Position numbers and translations under genes: made by a program. Below the pieces are notes generated by a model. It did not search any database and was not told the origin of the DNA. It saw only the letters and a program-made list of their open reading frames with translations. Shown here one piece after another: positions 1-13,566 of a stretch of 64,000 nt of DNA (positions are counted from its first letter, which is position 1; the number at the start of each line of letters is the position of its first letter). This stretch comes from Macrostomum lignano (Eukaryota): NCBI GenBank assembly GCA_002269645.1, contig NIVC01001915.1, positions 62,001 through 126,000 on the forward strand, in the 5' to 3' direction.

Positions 1-135
1 GAATGTCTGAGCTGGTTAGATGCAGGGTATCTCAGAATGTCTGAGCTGGTTAGATGCAGGGTATCTCAGAATGTCTGAGCTGGTTAGATGCAGGGTATCT
101 CAGAATGTCTGAGCTGGTTAGATGCATGGTATCTG
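1..135. repeat. 34-bp tandem minisatellite (truncated by window edge)
   Basis: Unit GAATGTCTGAGCTGGTTAGATGCAGGGTATCTCA, about 4 copies. Confidence 0.95.
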
Positions 136-700
136 GAATTCCAGACATTATCTGCTACCTGAATGGCATAGAAAAGTACAAGTAGATGCCAGATCGCTCC
201 GAAAATTCGTTATTGCACCGTTATTTTTCGAACTGAGCCAATCCGAGATGCACAAGAATTTTTTGACTCTTTCCCTGCGCCATGTTGTACTTTTGCGGCA
301 ACTATTACAGCGGAACTCTATGATCTGAGAAAGTCCTGGAACTTAATGAACACTGACATTATGAGAGGCCATCCGACGCTCTTGTATAGAATGTTCTCAT
401 CTGCTACCTTGGCTCCCATCTTATTCCATACTGTTTGAAGGGCTTCTGTGACCCATTGTGACCTCCGGGTGGGGCTTTTAGAGCTCAGATGTGAAACCCA
501 TTTGGCTCCCACGCGGCGCAAGCCCAGAATCCCAAATCCCAACGAAGGCTACAAATGTCTGTACCAGTCTGCGGCATCTTCTAGACATTTTTGCCTTTTC
601 CCATCCTCAGCGTCCCCACGCATTAGCAGAATATTCAAGCCGGACTCTGGGCCTTCTGTCATAAATTCGGTCAGCAGAGAACTGGGCATCGGAGAAGGTA

Positions 701-968
701 TAGCATGCATTTTTCTAAGAAATTAAATTCGGTCTAGCATGCATTTTTCTAAGAAATTAAATTCGGTCTAGCATGCACTTTTCTAAGAAATTAAATTCGG
801 TCTAGCATGCATTTTTCTAAGAAATTAAATTCGGTCTAGCATGCATTTTTCTAAGAAATTAAATTCGGTCTAGCATGCACTTTTCTAAGAAATTAAATTC
901 GGTCTAGCATGCATTTTTCTAAGAAATTAAATTCGGTCTAGCATGCATTTTTCTAAGAAATTAAATTC
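701..968. repeat. 34-bp tandem minisatellite
   Basis: Unit TAGCATGCATTTTTCTAAGAAATTAAATTCGGTC, about 8 near-identical copies. Confidence 0.95.
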
Positions 969-1139
969 AGAAATTCAACTGTTTGAGAATAAAAGTTCAA
1001 CTGGAGCAGACGATTAACAGACATTAAAAACTATTCTCTCCCTGACTGCGTTTTTACTCCGGCCTAAGATGTACTTCAAGCAATTCCTCGTACTTTTAGT
1101 CTTTGCGTACTTTCTCCCGTCTCTATTGGGGACATCTCC

Positions 1140-1575
1140 CTCCAACCAGCAACCACCCCACCCTCGTTCCAGCCACCCCACCCTCGTTCCAGCCACCCCA
1201 CCCTCGTTCCAGCCACCCCACCCTCGTTCCGGCCACCCCACCCTCTTCCTCCAAACAGCAGCCACCCCACCACCCCATCCTACAATCAGCAGCCACCCCA
1301 CTGCCTTTCCTACAATCAGCAGACACCCCACCACCCCATCCTACAATCAGCAGCCACCCCACCACCCCATCCTACAATCAGCAGCCACCCCACCACCCCA
1401 TCCTACAATCAGCAGACACCCCACCACCCCATCCTACAATCAGCAGCCACCCTACCACCCCATCCTACAATCAGCAGACACCCCACCACCCCATCCTACA
1501 ATCAGCAGACACCCCACCACCCCATCCTACAATCAGCAGCCACCCCACCACCCCATCCTACAACCGGCAGCCATC
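1140..1575. repeat. C-rich degenerate minisatellite (CCACCCCATCCTACAATCAGCAG-type units)
   Basis: Two related unit types in tandem; these generate several overlapping Pro/His-rich ORFs. Confidence 0.9.
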
Positions 1576-1673
1576 CCAATACCCAAGTTGGCTTAAAGCC
1601 ACTCGCTTTAAAAGAGACCCTTCAAAAACCAGTAAGGCAATTCAATATAAAATGTCCCCGCCAATTCTCTCAC

Positions 1674-4600
1674 GGGCATCGCCAGCGGCGCCCCGGCCAG
1701 GACAGTCGCTTCCTTCGTCCTCGACGTCCGGACAATTCGCGTAGCCGTTGCACCGCAGTCTCGAGTCGATGCAGCGACCTGCGCCGCAGTCGAATTCCGT
1801 GTCGGACTGGCAGGGACCTGGGGGGGGAGCAAAGTGTGCCTGTTAAACTGGCCTGTAAACATCTGCCTTTCAGAGCATTTGATCCCCAAACATCTTGAAG
1901 CCAACAGCCCTCAAGTAGCTTCAATTCTCCAGTCCCTTCACAAGTGACACAAGTCGATTTACATGTGACACAAGTCCTTTCACATGTGACACAAGTCCCT
2001 TCACAAGTGACACAAGTCGATTTACATGTGACACAAGTCCTTTCACATGTGACACAAGTCCTTTCACATGTGACACAAGTCCTTTCACATGTGACACAAG
2101 TCCTTTCACATGTGACACAAGTCCTTTACACGTGACACAAATCCCTTCAAATGTGGCACAAGTTCCTTCACATGTGACACGAGTTCCTTCACATGTGACA
2201 CGAGTTCCTTCACATGTGACACAAGTTCCTTCACATGTGACACAAGTTCCTTCACATGTGACACAAGTTCCTTCACATGTGACACAAGTTCCTTTACATG
2301 TGACACAAGTTCCTTCACATGTGACACAAGTTCCTTCACATGTGACACAACCAGTCGGATTCTAAACGGGAATGCATTTTTTAACAAAAATCCAATTTCG
2401 TGCCGCCAGCTGCCCTATAGTAACCATTTATTGGATTTGTATTCAGTTTTTGGCACCCGCCATTTAAAGTTGACTCAGAAGATTCAGACAGAAGACCCTG
2501 GCGCTCGCCAACCAACCGGCAGATACTTCGTTAAACATCGCAAAGGCTTGTGTTTGCACTTGCATTCCCCCCCCCCATCCTAACACGGGAGCCCGGGACC
2601 TGGGATGGAAGGTAAACAGCTGCAGGTTTTGGTTTGGTCAAAGAGAGCCAAACATTGATCCACGCGATGAAGGATCCGGGAGGGGAGGTTCAGGCCTGGC
2701 TTCTTTCTGGTGGCGCGAAGCCGGCTGTGAAGTTTTGGTTTGGTTTGGACTGAACTTTCTTTTGCCGGACTGTCCGCTTGGAAATTTGATGGTGGTGGTG
2801 GGGGGGGGGGACGGCAGCCTTCAGCCCCCTCCCCCAACTGTCTGCTGCTTTGTCTGGGCCAGCTGATGCGGCGGCCGATAGCCGGGTTTGTAAGTTTTAA
2901 TTGTTGATTGTAAATGTCAACATTTTCACTTCCCCGTTTCTATCTCCTGATTTTTCATTCTCCCTTTATCGATTCCACTTTTCAGCTTGCCTCTAATCCC
3001 CGTTTCCAATTATCCGATACCCATTTCTAATTCCCCAATCTCCATTTCCAATTCCCCAATCCGAATTTCCAATTCTCCAATCTCCATTTCCAATTCTCCA
3101 ATTCCCAATTTCTAATTCCCCAATTCCCATTTCTAATTCCCCAATTCCAATTTCCGATTTCTCAATCCCATTTCCAATTCCCCAATCCCATTTCCAATTT
3201 CCCAATCCCATTTCAAATTCGCCAATCTCATTTCCAATTCCCCAATCCCATTTCCAATTCCCCAATCCCATTTCCAATTCCCCAATCTCATTTCCAATTC
3301 CCCAATCCCATTTCCGATTGCCCAACCCCCAATTCTAATTCCCCAATCCTCAAGCTCACCGATCCGCACAGCCGTGACGGCCAGCTGCAGCAGGGGCAGG
3401 TGTTCGAGATTCTTGGCAGTCAGCCGCACAACCAGGCGCCGAGTGGCAGCCATGAGAGTCCAGCCAGCCAGATTGTCGCACACGGGCTGGAAGTCCTTGC
3501 GCTGCCTGTCGGCCGCTGTGAAGCCATCGTACACGGAGATCGAGTTGGCGTGGCACTGGCCTTCGCGAAGGAACTGCGCGGTTGCTATGGAAACCAGCAG
3601 CTGAGGGCGAAAGCGCACGACTGTATGATGAGAGCATCGAATGAGATTTGAGCCATAAATTGAAAAAATGATCCCAGGGAACAGAACCTCATGAGCAAGA
3701 CTGCATGAGAACAGAACCTCATGAGCAAGACTGCATGAGAACAGAACCTCATGAGCAAGACTGCATGAGAACAGAACCTCATAAGCAAGACTCTCATCTC
3801 ACCTTGGTGTCCTCACGCAGAGCCGAAAAATCCGCGGTGCACTCGACCGCAGCGTCCTTCTGGGCGCTGGGCGCCAGAATTGACCCGAACTGCTTGCTGG
3901 TGAGCAGCTGCTGCCTGCCCGAGTGAATTCTGTACCTCAGCAGGCACTCTGTGGAGGATGCGCGAGATTCCTTTCAGTTTGTTTTTCAATTTTTCCATTG
4001 GTAAAATCCCATTTAGATTGCTAGCATTCCATTCTGGCTGTTCAGATCCCATTCTGGCTGTTCAGATCCCATTCTGGCTGTTCAGATCCCATTCTGGCTG
4101 TTCAGATCCCATTCTGGCTGTTCAGGTCCTATTCTGGCTGTTCAGATCCCATTCTGGCTGTTCAGATCCCGCTCTGGCTGTTCAGATCCCATTCTGGCAG
4201 TTCAGATCCCATTCTGACAGTTCAGATCCCACTCTGACAGTTCAGATCCCACTCTGACAGTTCAGATCCCATTCTGACAGTTCAGATCCCACTCTGGCTG
4301 TTCAGGTCCTATTCTGGCTGTTCAGATCCCATTCTGGCTGTTCAGATCCCATTCTGGCTGTTCAGATCCCATTCTGGCTGTTCAGATCCCATTCTGGCTG
4401 TTCAGATCCCGCTCTGGCTGTTCAGATCCCATTCTGGCAGTTCAGATCCCATTCTGACAGTTCAGATCCCACTCTGACAGTTCAGATCCCACTCTGACAG
4501 TTCAGATCCCATTCTGACAGTTCAGATCTCACTCTGGCTGTTCAGATCCCATTCTGGCTGTTCAGATCCCATTCTGGCTGTTCAGATCCCACTCTGACAG

Positions 4601-7600
4601 TTCAGATCCCATTCTGACAGTTCAGATCCCACTCTGACAGTTCAGATCCCACTCTGACAGGTCAGATCCCATTCTGACAGTTCAGATCCCATTCTGACAG
4701 TTCAGATCCCACTCTGGCTGTTCAGATCCCATTCTGGCTGTTCAGATCCCATTCTGGCTGTTCAGATCCCATTCTGACAGTTCAGATCCCATTCTGACAG
4801 TTCAGATCCCACTCTGACAGTTCAGATCCCACTCTGACAGTTCAGATCCCATTCTGACAGTTCAGATCCCACTCTGGCTGTTCAGATCCCATTCTAGCTG
4901 TTCAGATCCCACTCTGTCTGTTCAGATCCCATTCTTACAGTTCAGATCCCACTCTGACAGTTCAGATCCCATTCTGACAGTTCAGATCCCACTCTGACAG
5001 TTCAGATCCCATTCTGACAGTTCAGATCCCACTCTGACAGTTCAGATCCCATTCTGACAGTTCAGATCCCATTCTGACAGTTCAGATCCCACTCTGACAG
5101 TTCAGATCCCACTCTGACAGTTCAGATCCCACTCTGACAGTTCAGATCCCACTGTGACAGTTTAGATCCCATTCTGACTGTTCAGATCCCACTGTGACCA
5201 TCCAGATCCCACTCTGATTTGATAAAGAACATCTGCATTACACAAAAGTGCGCACGCGCCCAGCCAAGTGCAGAAATTGAGCCCCGCTGCCAGAGGGCAA
5301 TTTTTAACTCAGAGCGGAGCAGCAGCAAATCTTCCAAGCTTTCAAGTAGGGATCTGCCTATCTTATCCCCTAACAGTCTTAATATCTCCCAGCTGAGCCG
5401 GATCGGATATCCCAATATCCCAATAACCCATTGTTGCCGCGCAGTCCCGGCGTGGCTTGAGCAGCAGGTGGTTTGCCGAATTGCCTGCGAACGCCTCCGC
5501 ACAACTGGGAGGAGCTCAAACGGGGAGAGGGGCTGCGGCTGCCCGGGAACTGAGCTGCCATTGCCGAGGGCGAGGAAACTCCACGGGTGGAGAAGGTTAC
5601 CCCCCCCCCCTGATTGGCGTGTAATTGCCGTAGCAAGGACCACTGCCCGTCTCAGCCAGATCTGCATTTACACTCAGCTAGATCTGCATTTACACTCAGC
5701 TAGATCTGCATTTACACTCAGCTAGATCTGCACTTACACTCAGCTAGATCTGCACTTACACTCAGCCAGATCTGCACTTACACTCAGCTAGATCTGCACT
5801 TACACTCAGCTAGATCTGCACTTACACTCAGCTAGATCTGCACTTACACTCAGCTAGATCTGCACTTACACTCAGCTAGATCTGCACTTACACTCAGCTA
5901 GATCTGCACTTACACTCAGCTAGATCTGCACCACAGCTCGACCACAGCACCCCCAGCTAGACCAAAGCACCCCCTAGCTCGACCACAGCACCCCCTAGCT
6001 AGACCACAGCACCCCCTAGCTAGACCACAGCACCCCCAGCTAGACCACAGCACCCCCAGCTAGACCACAGCACCCCAGCTAGACCACAGCACCCCAGCTA
6101 GACCACAGCACCCCAGCTAGACCAAAGCACCCCCTAGCTCGACCACAGCACCCCCAGCTAGACCACAGCACCCCCTAGCTCGACCACAGCACCCCCAGCT
6201 AGACCACAGCACCCCAGCTAGACCACAGCACCCCAGCTAGACCACAGCACCCTAGCTAGACCACAGCACCTCAGCTAGACCACAGCACCCCCAGCTAGAC
6301 CACAGCACCCCCAGCTAGACCACAGCACCCCAGCTAGACCACAGCACCCCAGCTAGACCACAGCACCCCAGCTAGACCACAGCACCCCAGCTAGACCACA
6401 GCACCCTAGCTAGACCACAGCACCTCAGCTAGACCACAGCACCCCCAGCTAGACCACAGCACCCCAGCTAGACCACAGCACCCCAGCTAGACCACAGCAC
6501 CCCAGCTAGACCACAGCACCCCAGCTAGACCACAGCACCCTAGCTAGACCACAGCACCTCAGCTAGACCACAGCACCCCCAGCTAGACCACAGCACCCCC
6601 AGCTAGACCACAGTACCCCCAGCTAGACCACAGCACCCCAGCTAGACCACAGCACCCCAGCTAGACCAAAGCACCCCCAGCTAGACCACAGCACCCCAGC
6701 TAGACCACAGCACCCCAGCTAGACCACAGCACCCCCAGCTAGACCACAGCACCCCAGCTAGACCACAGCACCCCAGCTAGACCACAGCACCCCAGCTAGA
6801 CCAAAGCACCCCCAGCTAGACCACAGCACCCCCAGCTAGACCACAGCACCCCCAGCTAGACCACAGCACCCCAGCTAGACCACAGCTAGCCTCTCACTGT
6901 CAGCCGCCGCAGCCGTCGGGGCCCTCAGCTGTGCCGCAGACACGAACCGGTACACCAGCCGCAGGCCCCGGTGCCTGATGACCTCGTCGGAGCGGAAGCG
7001 CAGCCACAGGAAGCGGCCTGACGAGCGGAGCAGCCGGTCAGGTGAGGCGCGCCCGTGTCGGGTCGGTGGCCACTCGCCGCACAGCCGGCCGTCGTTGCCA
7101 TCCGGCAGGCCCCTAAGCGGCGGCGAATAGCCGAACGGGCCGTCCCGGATTTCCAGATAGTCGTTGAGGCATTCGCTGCTCCGCTCGATTAGGAAGCTGG
7201 ACAGTTTGAAGTCCAGCTCAATGCGCTGCCCCACCCAGCCTGCGCGAGACGTTCGGGGATTCGTTAGGAGGATGCTTAAGGGGGTCAGTAGCATGGTTGC
7301 TGAGGGGGTCAGTAGGGGGTCATTAGGGGGTCATTGTGAGTGTCATTAAAAGTGTTATTATAGGGTAATTATGATGTCATCATGGGGTCATTGTGAGTTG
7401 TCATTGTGGGTGTTATTATGAGTGTCATTATAGGGTCATCGTGGAGTCTTAATGGGGGCATTATGGGGTCATTATGGGGTCTTTATGGGGTTATTGTGGG
7501 GTCATTATGAGTATCATTATGGATGTTATTATGGGTGTTTTTATGGGTGCCATTATGGGGTCATTATGGGGTCATTATGGGGTCATTATGGGTCATTATG

Positions 7601-8497
7601 GGGTCATCATCGGGTCATTATGGGGTCATTATGGGGTCATTGGGTCATTATGGGGTCATTAGGTGCTTAATTAGAGCTGTTGTAAGGATAAGCTACCAGG
7701 CTACTCATGGGAGTCATACTTATCTGTGGGGGTCATGTATCGATAGTAATTAGGCTGCCACTTGGGATTAAACTTAAAATCGAATTAGTTCAACAATGTC
7801 GCGACTGACCTTGGATGACCTTGATGCAGTCGGTGTTGTTGGGATATTGTGCCGGATAGAAGGGGCTGGTGAAGCAGAAGGAGTCATCGCGCCAGCCCTG
7901 GCTGCCAATGAACTCTGTGCAGACCTGCGGCTGCTGCGGCAGGACTCCTGCGGCAGGAGATTTGTCTTCTATTAGACGGAAATTAATTGCTTAATTCATT
8001 TTTTTCGAGTCGCTTCACGAGGCTTCGGTGGGGGGGGGCATCAAAAACCTGAAAAATCACAACTCCGAAAGTTTTAGCAATGTCCAACACTATTTTGGTT
8101 TTCGGGTTTATGATATTTCGGGTTTGTGATATTTCGGGTTTGTGATATTTCGGGTTTGTGATATTTCGGGTTTGTGATATTTCGGGTTTGTGATATTTCG
8201 GGTTTGTGATATTTCGGGTTTGTGATATTTCGGGGTTTGTGATATTTCGGGTTTGTGATATTTCGGGTTTGTGATATTTCGGGTTTGTGATATTTCGGGT
8301 TTGTGATGGCGACCCCTTGGTTGGATACTTGTAGAAAACTCACCGCTGATGGCGGCCTCCTGCACTGTTGTCATGGCAACCGACAGCAGCGCAACAACTG
8401 TTGAGGAGGTTAAACAGATCTGTGGCTCAGTGTGTAAAATTGAAGGTTGAGAAACTCTGCAATATTTCTGCTTACCGAGCAGGCCGAGGGCTGTCAT
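1674..8497 (-). CDS. NETO: Neuropilin and tolloid-like (Neto/SOL-2-like) protein, CUB-CUB-LDLa; 3' TM/cytoplasmic exons not found in window
   Basis: Phase-compatible GT-AG exons: probable signal exon 8497-8344, then 7947-7810 ([20 protein letters not shown]), 7239-6898 ([17 protein letters not shown]...RLCG...[13 protein letters not shown], the Neto-type CUB1 signature), 3948-3803 and 3600-3360 (CUB2: VECT...[11 protein letters not shown]), and 1817-1674 (LDLa: [37 protein letters not shown]). The start codon is uncertain. Confidence 0.88.
1930..2350. repeat. 21-bp minisatellite with palindromic TCACATGTGA core (intronic)
   Basis: Unit CACATGTGACACAAGT(T/C)CCTTT-like, about 19 copies. Confidence 0.95.
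2995..3345. repeat. Pyrimidine-rich low-complexity repeat (TTCCCCAATCCCATTTCCAA-type), intronic
   Basis: Degenerate 6/18-mer periodicity that starts right after the CUB2 exon donor. Confidence 0.85.
3680..3795. repeat. 30-bp tandem repeat filling the short intron between the CUB2 exons
   Basis: GAACAGAACCTCATGAGCAAGACTGCATGA, about 4 copies. Confidence 0.9.
4030..5215. repeat. 20-bp minisatellite
   Basis: ATTCTG(GCT/ACA)GTTCAGATCCC, about 59 copies. Confidence 0.97.
5655..6888. repeat. Two abutting minisatellites: 22-bp CAGCTAGATCTGCACTTACACT, then 19-20-bp CAGCTAGACCACAGCACCCC
   Basis: Both units share CAGCTAGA; the unit switches at about 5930 and the array ends next to the CUB1 exon donor. 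Confidence 0.95.
7270..7662. repeat. Degenerate GGGGTCATTAT short-period repeat (intronic)
   Basis: 9-11 bp units that become purer toward 7660. Confidence 0.85.
8100..8306. repeat. 16-bp minisatellite
   Basis: TGATATTTCGGGTTTG, about 12 copies. Confidence 0.95.
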
Positions 8498-8984
8498 CTG
8501 AGCATCCGCAGTCTCAGTCACTCTGCACTTGCAGACAAAGTCAGGCAAAGCTAGGGATTAAAATTGATCGGCTGGCTTTTGAGTTCGGCAACTCATCGTT
8601 GAGGGTTTAGTTGGGATTTCACCCGCTGTGTCCCCTGAGCAATGGCTGGGATTAATAATGTGGGGATCCTCAGAAAACCTGGAGCTCACTGCCCGAAGCC
8701 AGATATATTTAAAATTATTTGTGGGAATTCTGTCCCAGCCTTCCCATTGGAGGAATTTGCCTGTAGCAGCGCTGGAAATGCATACGCAGCTACCCAATCA
8801 GCTGATGCGGTGAAATTATGCAAATTAAGCATGCGCTCGGAATACTTGCTGAGCTCTGGGTGCCTTTGATTGCAGATCTTATGAATACAATGCTTTGTCC
8901 ACTGATGCTTTGCAGCCTTGATTCATTATTAGCACCATTGAGAAATGAAAGATTACATAGAGCTTTTGTTAAATATTTGCTATA

Positions 8985-9425
8985 GATCTCACTGGAGACA
9001 TAGGGAGATTAGATACAGATCTCACTGGAGATTTGAGACATAGAGAGATTAGATATATATCTTACTGGAGATTTGAGACATAGGTAGATTAGATATAGAT
9101 CTTACTGGAGATTTGAGACATAGGTAGATTAGATACAGATCTCACTGGAGATTTGAGACAGGGAGATTAGATTCAGATCCCATTGGAGACGTAGAGAGAT
9201 TATATATAGATCTCATTGGAGAGTTGAGACATTAGGGAGAATAGATATAGATCCCACTAGAGATTTGAGATAAAGAGAGATTAGATATTGAGCTCACTGG
9301 AGATTTGACACATAGGTAGATTAGATATAGATCTCACTGGGGATTTCAAACATAGGGAGATTAGAAATTGAGCTCCCTGGAGATCTGAGATACAGGGAGA
9401 TTAGATATAGATATCGTGAGAGATT
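8985..9425. repeat. Degenerate ~40-bp minisatellite
   Basis: AGATCTCACTGGAGATTTGAGACATAGGGAGATTAGATAT-like units. Confidence 0.8.
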
Positions 9426-10696
9426 TGGGAGGCGAAATATCCGAAGTATTGACGTCAGAATAAAAAACGCTGAAATGATTATTTATTCATGTCTAGTTCA
9501 GTTACTGTCAGTAGTGCAGGGCGCGTGTGCTTCCTGCAAATCTACTTCAGAGCTTTTATAACAGCAGAGTGCACAGGCTTGGGGAAGAAAAGCTGATCAG
9601 GTCAGTTGCAGAAGGATTCGAACTGCTCAGAGCTCGAGCAGGCCAGACAAAAAAGCGAGGAAAGGAAGGACAGCGTGGAAGTCCTCTGCCGAACGTCCGA
9701 AGCAGGGATTCTTTCCCCCAGCTCTTGCCTATGAAGAAAGCGGAGTTGAGAAGACTGTCTGTACTCATCTTCACTCCTTGCCCGAGTTCCTTGACTGGAG
9801 GATCATTGGGGTGATTGGGGGTCAGGCTTCCAGATGGAGGGCAAGGGTTTGCACTGGCTGTGCCTTGAGGACGAGAGAGCTTTCGAGCAAGGACATCTAA
9901 TAGATAATGACTGGACTGGATGTGAGCGGAAGCTGTAATAATGGCTTTCCAATCCAGAGGATCGGTTATTAAACGTCCCGGACTGCGTCCGAGGCCCCCT
10001 CTGGCCCCTGTACTCAGGAGATGTACACCCAGGGGCTTGGGAGAAGGAATTGAGGAAGACTTCTTTCTTCAAAACTCGAGGGGAGAAGGGGCGTTGAGGC
10101 GGGCTGTACAGAGTGTGGGGGGGGTAGGAGAGGCTGCGTCACAACAGGGAGGGGGAGAAGAGGGAAGAAGGGAGGCCGGGAAACGGCGAAGTCACTAAAA
10201 GCCGGCGGCTGTCTCTTCTGCTCCCAGCAATCTCTCACCGAGGGGAAATCCAGCTCAACAGACGAAGCCAAGCAGAAGGAATCTCGAACCAGCTCTAAAT
10301 AAAGGTGAGACCAGCTTCTCTGGAAAATAAATTCGATGAATTTTTATAAACCGGAATAAGTTCATACTTAGGAATTCGGTATTGAAATAGTTTGCAATTG
10401 AATATAGGAATCTTCAGTAGCAAACTGAGCATTGCTGTCCGTAATCTTAGAACCTGAGTTTGAGCATTCGGCCTCGCTGTCTACTCACCCAGTTGAATCA
10501 GTGTTTCTGCAGCTGGACCCCCTGTTGCCACAGCCTCTAGCAGTCAAGCAGGGAGAGCAGTGAAAGGGATGACTGGCATCTACCGATTTCTGTGTTACAT
10601 TCCAGACTAGCCTACTGTCAGTAGCAGCATTGGCGCAGCTGTCAATCAAAAATCCAATATCCCCCCACCCAACCCTTCTCGACAGTTCGGCCGAAA

Positions 10697-10897
10697 ATGT
10701 CGTCCATCGCCCAGCAGAAGAAGATTGTTGAGCAGCTGCGGGCCGAGGCCAGCATGGCCCGGAAGCCGGTGTCCGAGTGCGTCAAGGACATGATCCAGTT
10801 CATGGACAGCAACAAGGACAAGGACTGCCTGGTGTCCGGTTTCCAGTCCAAGAAGGACAATCCGTTCCAAGAGAAGGGCGGCTGCTCGGTGCTGTAG
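10697..10897 (+). CDS. GNG: Heterotrimeric G-protein gamma subunit
   Basis: 66 aa: IAQQKKIVEQLRAEASMARKPVSECVKDMIQF...DCLVSGF...DNPFQEKGG with C-terminal CAAX box CSVL. Probable 5'UTR intron 10305-10685 (AAG|GTGAGA ... ACAG); AATAAA at 11343-11348. Confidence 0.95.
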   Translation: MSSIAQQKKIVEQLRAEASMARKPVSECVKDMIQFMDSNKDKDCLVSGFQSKKDNPFQEKGGCSVL

Positions 10898-11764
10898 GGC
10901 CAGGACGGGACAAGGAGGGGGGGCAACTGACCCCTTGGACTCCAGGTACTCCTAGCGATAGAACCGGTGGACTGGAAAGGGGGTTTGGTAAAAACGCTTA
11001 CGAATTCAAAATTCAGCACCAGATTCTGGCTTCCAGTCCATTGGCCCTATATCTAGAAGTCCTTGCCTTAAAGTCCCTTTTATCTGGCAGACAATTAAAT
11101 ATTTCCCCGTTGTGTTTCAACAGTTCAATCGTCCAGTTCTACTCATGCGCAGTAGTAGTGCAGGTTTTTTTACTTAGTCCTGTCGGTTATAGCGCTGTAG
11201 GCTATAATTAGCAATGACGTCACCCCAAATTTTGTCTGTCTACCCTAGCCGTGTCTTTGTAGCTGGCACACCGTGACTTCACTTGACTTCCCTTTTTGGG
11301 TTCTGCACGCCGCACGATCAGAAAAGTGACTGTGTCGCTGTCAATAAAACAATATAAATGATCAGCTGTTGAGAGCGTGAATTTTCGTCCAGAAATCGTT
11401 GTGAGCTTTTGAAATGAAGGACGGCTGTGACTCATCGTTTTTCAGTGGTTTAGTGCTCGGCAATAGGATTTTAATGATATGAAAAATATGTCTTACGGTC
11501 TTTCGAAATAGGTGCATCGGTTCTTCATATAATTATGGCTCAATTAGGAAAATAAGCGAACACATTAATATCACTTTATAACACATGAATGAAACATTAA
11601 TAACACGCTATTAGCACATACTGCTCTGTGTTAAGCAAACTTTCTTCCCACTGTGTCTGCGTCTTACACCACTGTCAAACTCTGCTTTGTCTGCGTCAGC
11701 TCTCCTTTACCTGCGTCAGACTCTCTTCCGCCTCTGTCAGCCATTCTGTTGTCTGTATCCGACT

Positions 11765-12558
11765 CTCTTCAGACACTGTGTCAGAATCTCTTCAGACAGT
11801 CTGAGTCTCCTCAGACACTGTAGGACTCTCCTCAGACACTGTGTCAGACTCTCTTCAGACATTGTCAGACTCTCCTCAGACACTGTGTCAGACTCTCTTC
11901 AGACACTGCGTCAGACTCTCTTCAGACATTGTCAGACTCTCCTCAGACACTGTGTCAGACTCTCCTTAGACACTGCGTCAGACTCTCTTCAGACACTGCG
12001 TCAGACTCTCCTCAGACACTGCGTCAGACTCTCTTCAGACATTGTCAGACTCTCCTCAGACACTGTGTCAGACTCTCCTTAGACACTGTGTCAGACTCTC
12101 TTCAGACACTGCGTCAGACTCTCTTCAGACATTGTCAGACTCTCCTCAGACACTGTGTCAGACTCTCCTTAGACACTGCGTCAGACTCTCTTCAGACACT
12201 GCGTCAGACTCTCTTCAGACACTGCGTCAGACTCTCTTCAGACACTGCGTCAGACTCTCTTCAGACACTGCGTCAGACTCTCTTCAGACACTGCGTCAGA
12301 CTCTCTTCAGACACTGCGTCAGACTCTCTTCAGACATTGTCAGACTCTCTTCAGACACTGTCAGACTCTCTTCAGACATTGTCAGACTCTCTTCAGACAT
12401 TGTCAGACTCTCTTCAGACACTGTCAGACTCTCTTCAGACATTGTCAGACTCTCTTCAGACATTGTCAGACTCTCTTCAGACACTGTCAGACTCTCTTCA
12501 GACATTGTCAGACTCTCTTCAGACATTGTCAGACTCTCTTCAGACACTGTCAGACTCT
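11765..12558. repeat. 21/23-bp minisatellite CAGACA(CTG/TT)GTCAGACTCTCTT
   Basis: About 35 copies between the convergent GNG and HS3ST genes. Confidence 0.95.
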
Positions 12559-12574
12559 TCAACCAGCCGTCACA

Positions 12575-13109
12575 TCACAGCCGCCAGTGAAATTGTCGAC
12601 CAACCAGGCGCTCGAAGCGACTCGCGTGCGGCCGAAGAAACCCGGCCAGCAGCCGTCGGGTCGACGGTTTCAACGGCGGATGCCGACGCCCTTTGGACTC
12701 CGCCAGGCAGCCCCAACCGACGCTGCTTCCGGCTTTGCGTCCGGCGCTCTTTCCGGCTATGCAGTAGAAGCCGCGGGTGGCGTTATAGTAGAACATGTCC
12801 GGCCGCAGCCGGGGCGCCAGGCCCAGCGCGGCCTCGAGGCGGCGCATCTCTGGGTACGGCCGCCTGGCCAGTTTGTCCCCGTCGACGATGTGAAACATCT
12901 CCAACGGGAAGCGGGCCAGGAAGCGGCTCATGTGGACGTCGTAGAGGGAGCGACGCAGCGGGCGGTAGCGCAGGTTCAGCTGGTTGCGGCCGCTCCTGGG
13001 TCCGTTCGCGGGCAGAAGGAGCAGCCGCTCCAGCGGTGGATGACCGCGACCGCGGCGTCTGCGATTCGATTTGACCTGGCGAATAAAAACAGAGTGCTTA
13101 ATGTACTGG

Positions 13110-13151
<42 letters not shown>

Positions 13152-13226
13152 GACTAACTAACTAACTAACTAACTAACTGACTAACTAACTAACTAACTA
13201 ACTAACTGACTAACTAACTAACTGAC

Positions 13227-13267
<41 letters not shown>

Positions 13268-13308
13268 GACTAACTAACTAACTAACTAACTGACTAACTA
13301 ACTAACTG

Positions 13309-13359
<51 letters not shown>

Positions 13360-13428
13360 GACTAACTAACTAACTGACTAACTAACTAACTGACTAACTA
13401 ACAAACTAACTGACTAACTAACTAACTG

Positions 13429-13518
<90 letters not shown>

Positions 13519-13528
13519 CAACTTACTG

Positions 13529-13566
<38 letters not shown>

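Noticed and set aside
4030-5215. CRISPR-like appearance of regular arrays (also 25310-26812 and 46472-46967)
   Set aside because: The units are directly adjacent with no unique spacers, there are no cas genes, and the context is eukaryotic.
11929-13074. Long + strand ORFs over the HS3ST 3' region
   Set aside because: They are minisatellite translations plus the antisense of the HS3ST exon.
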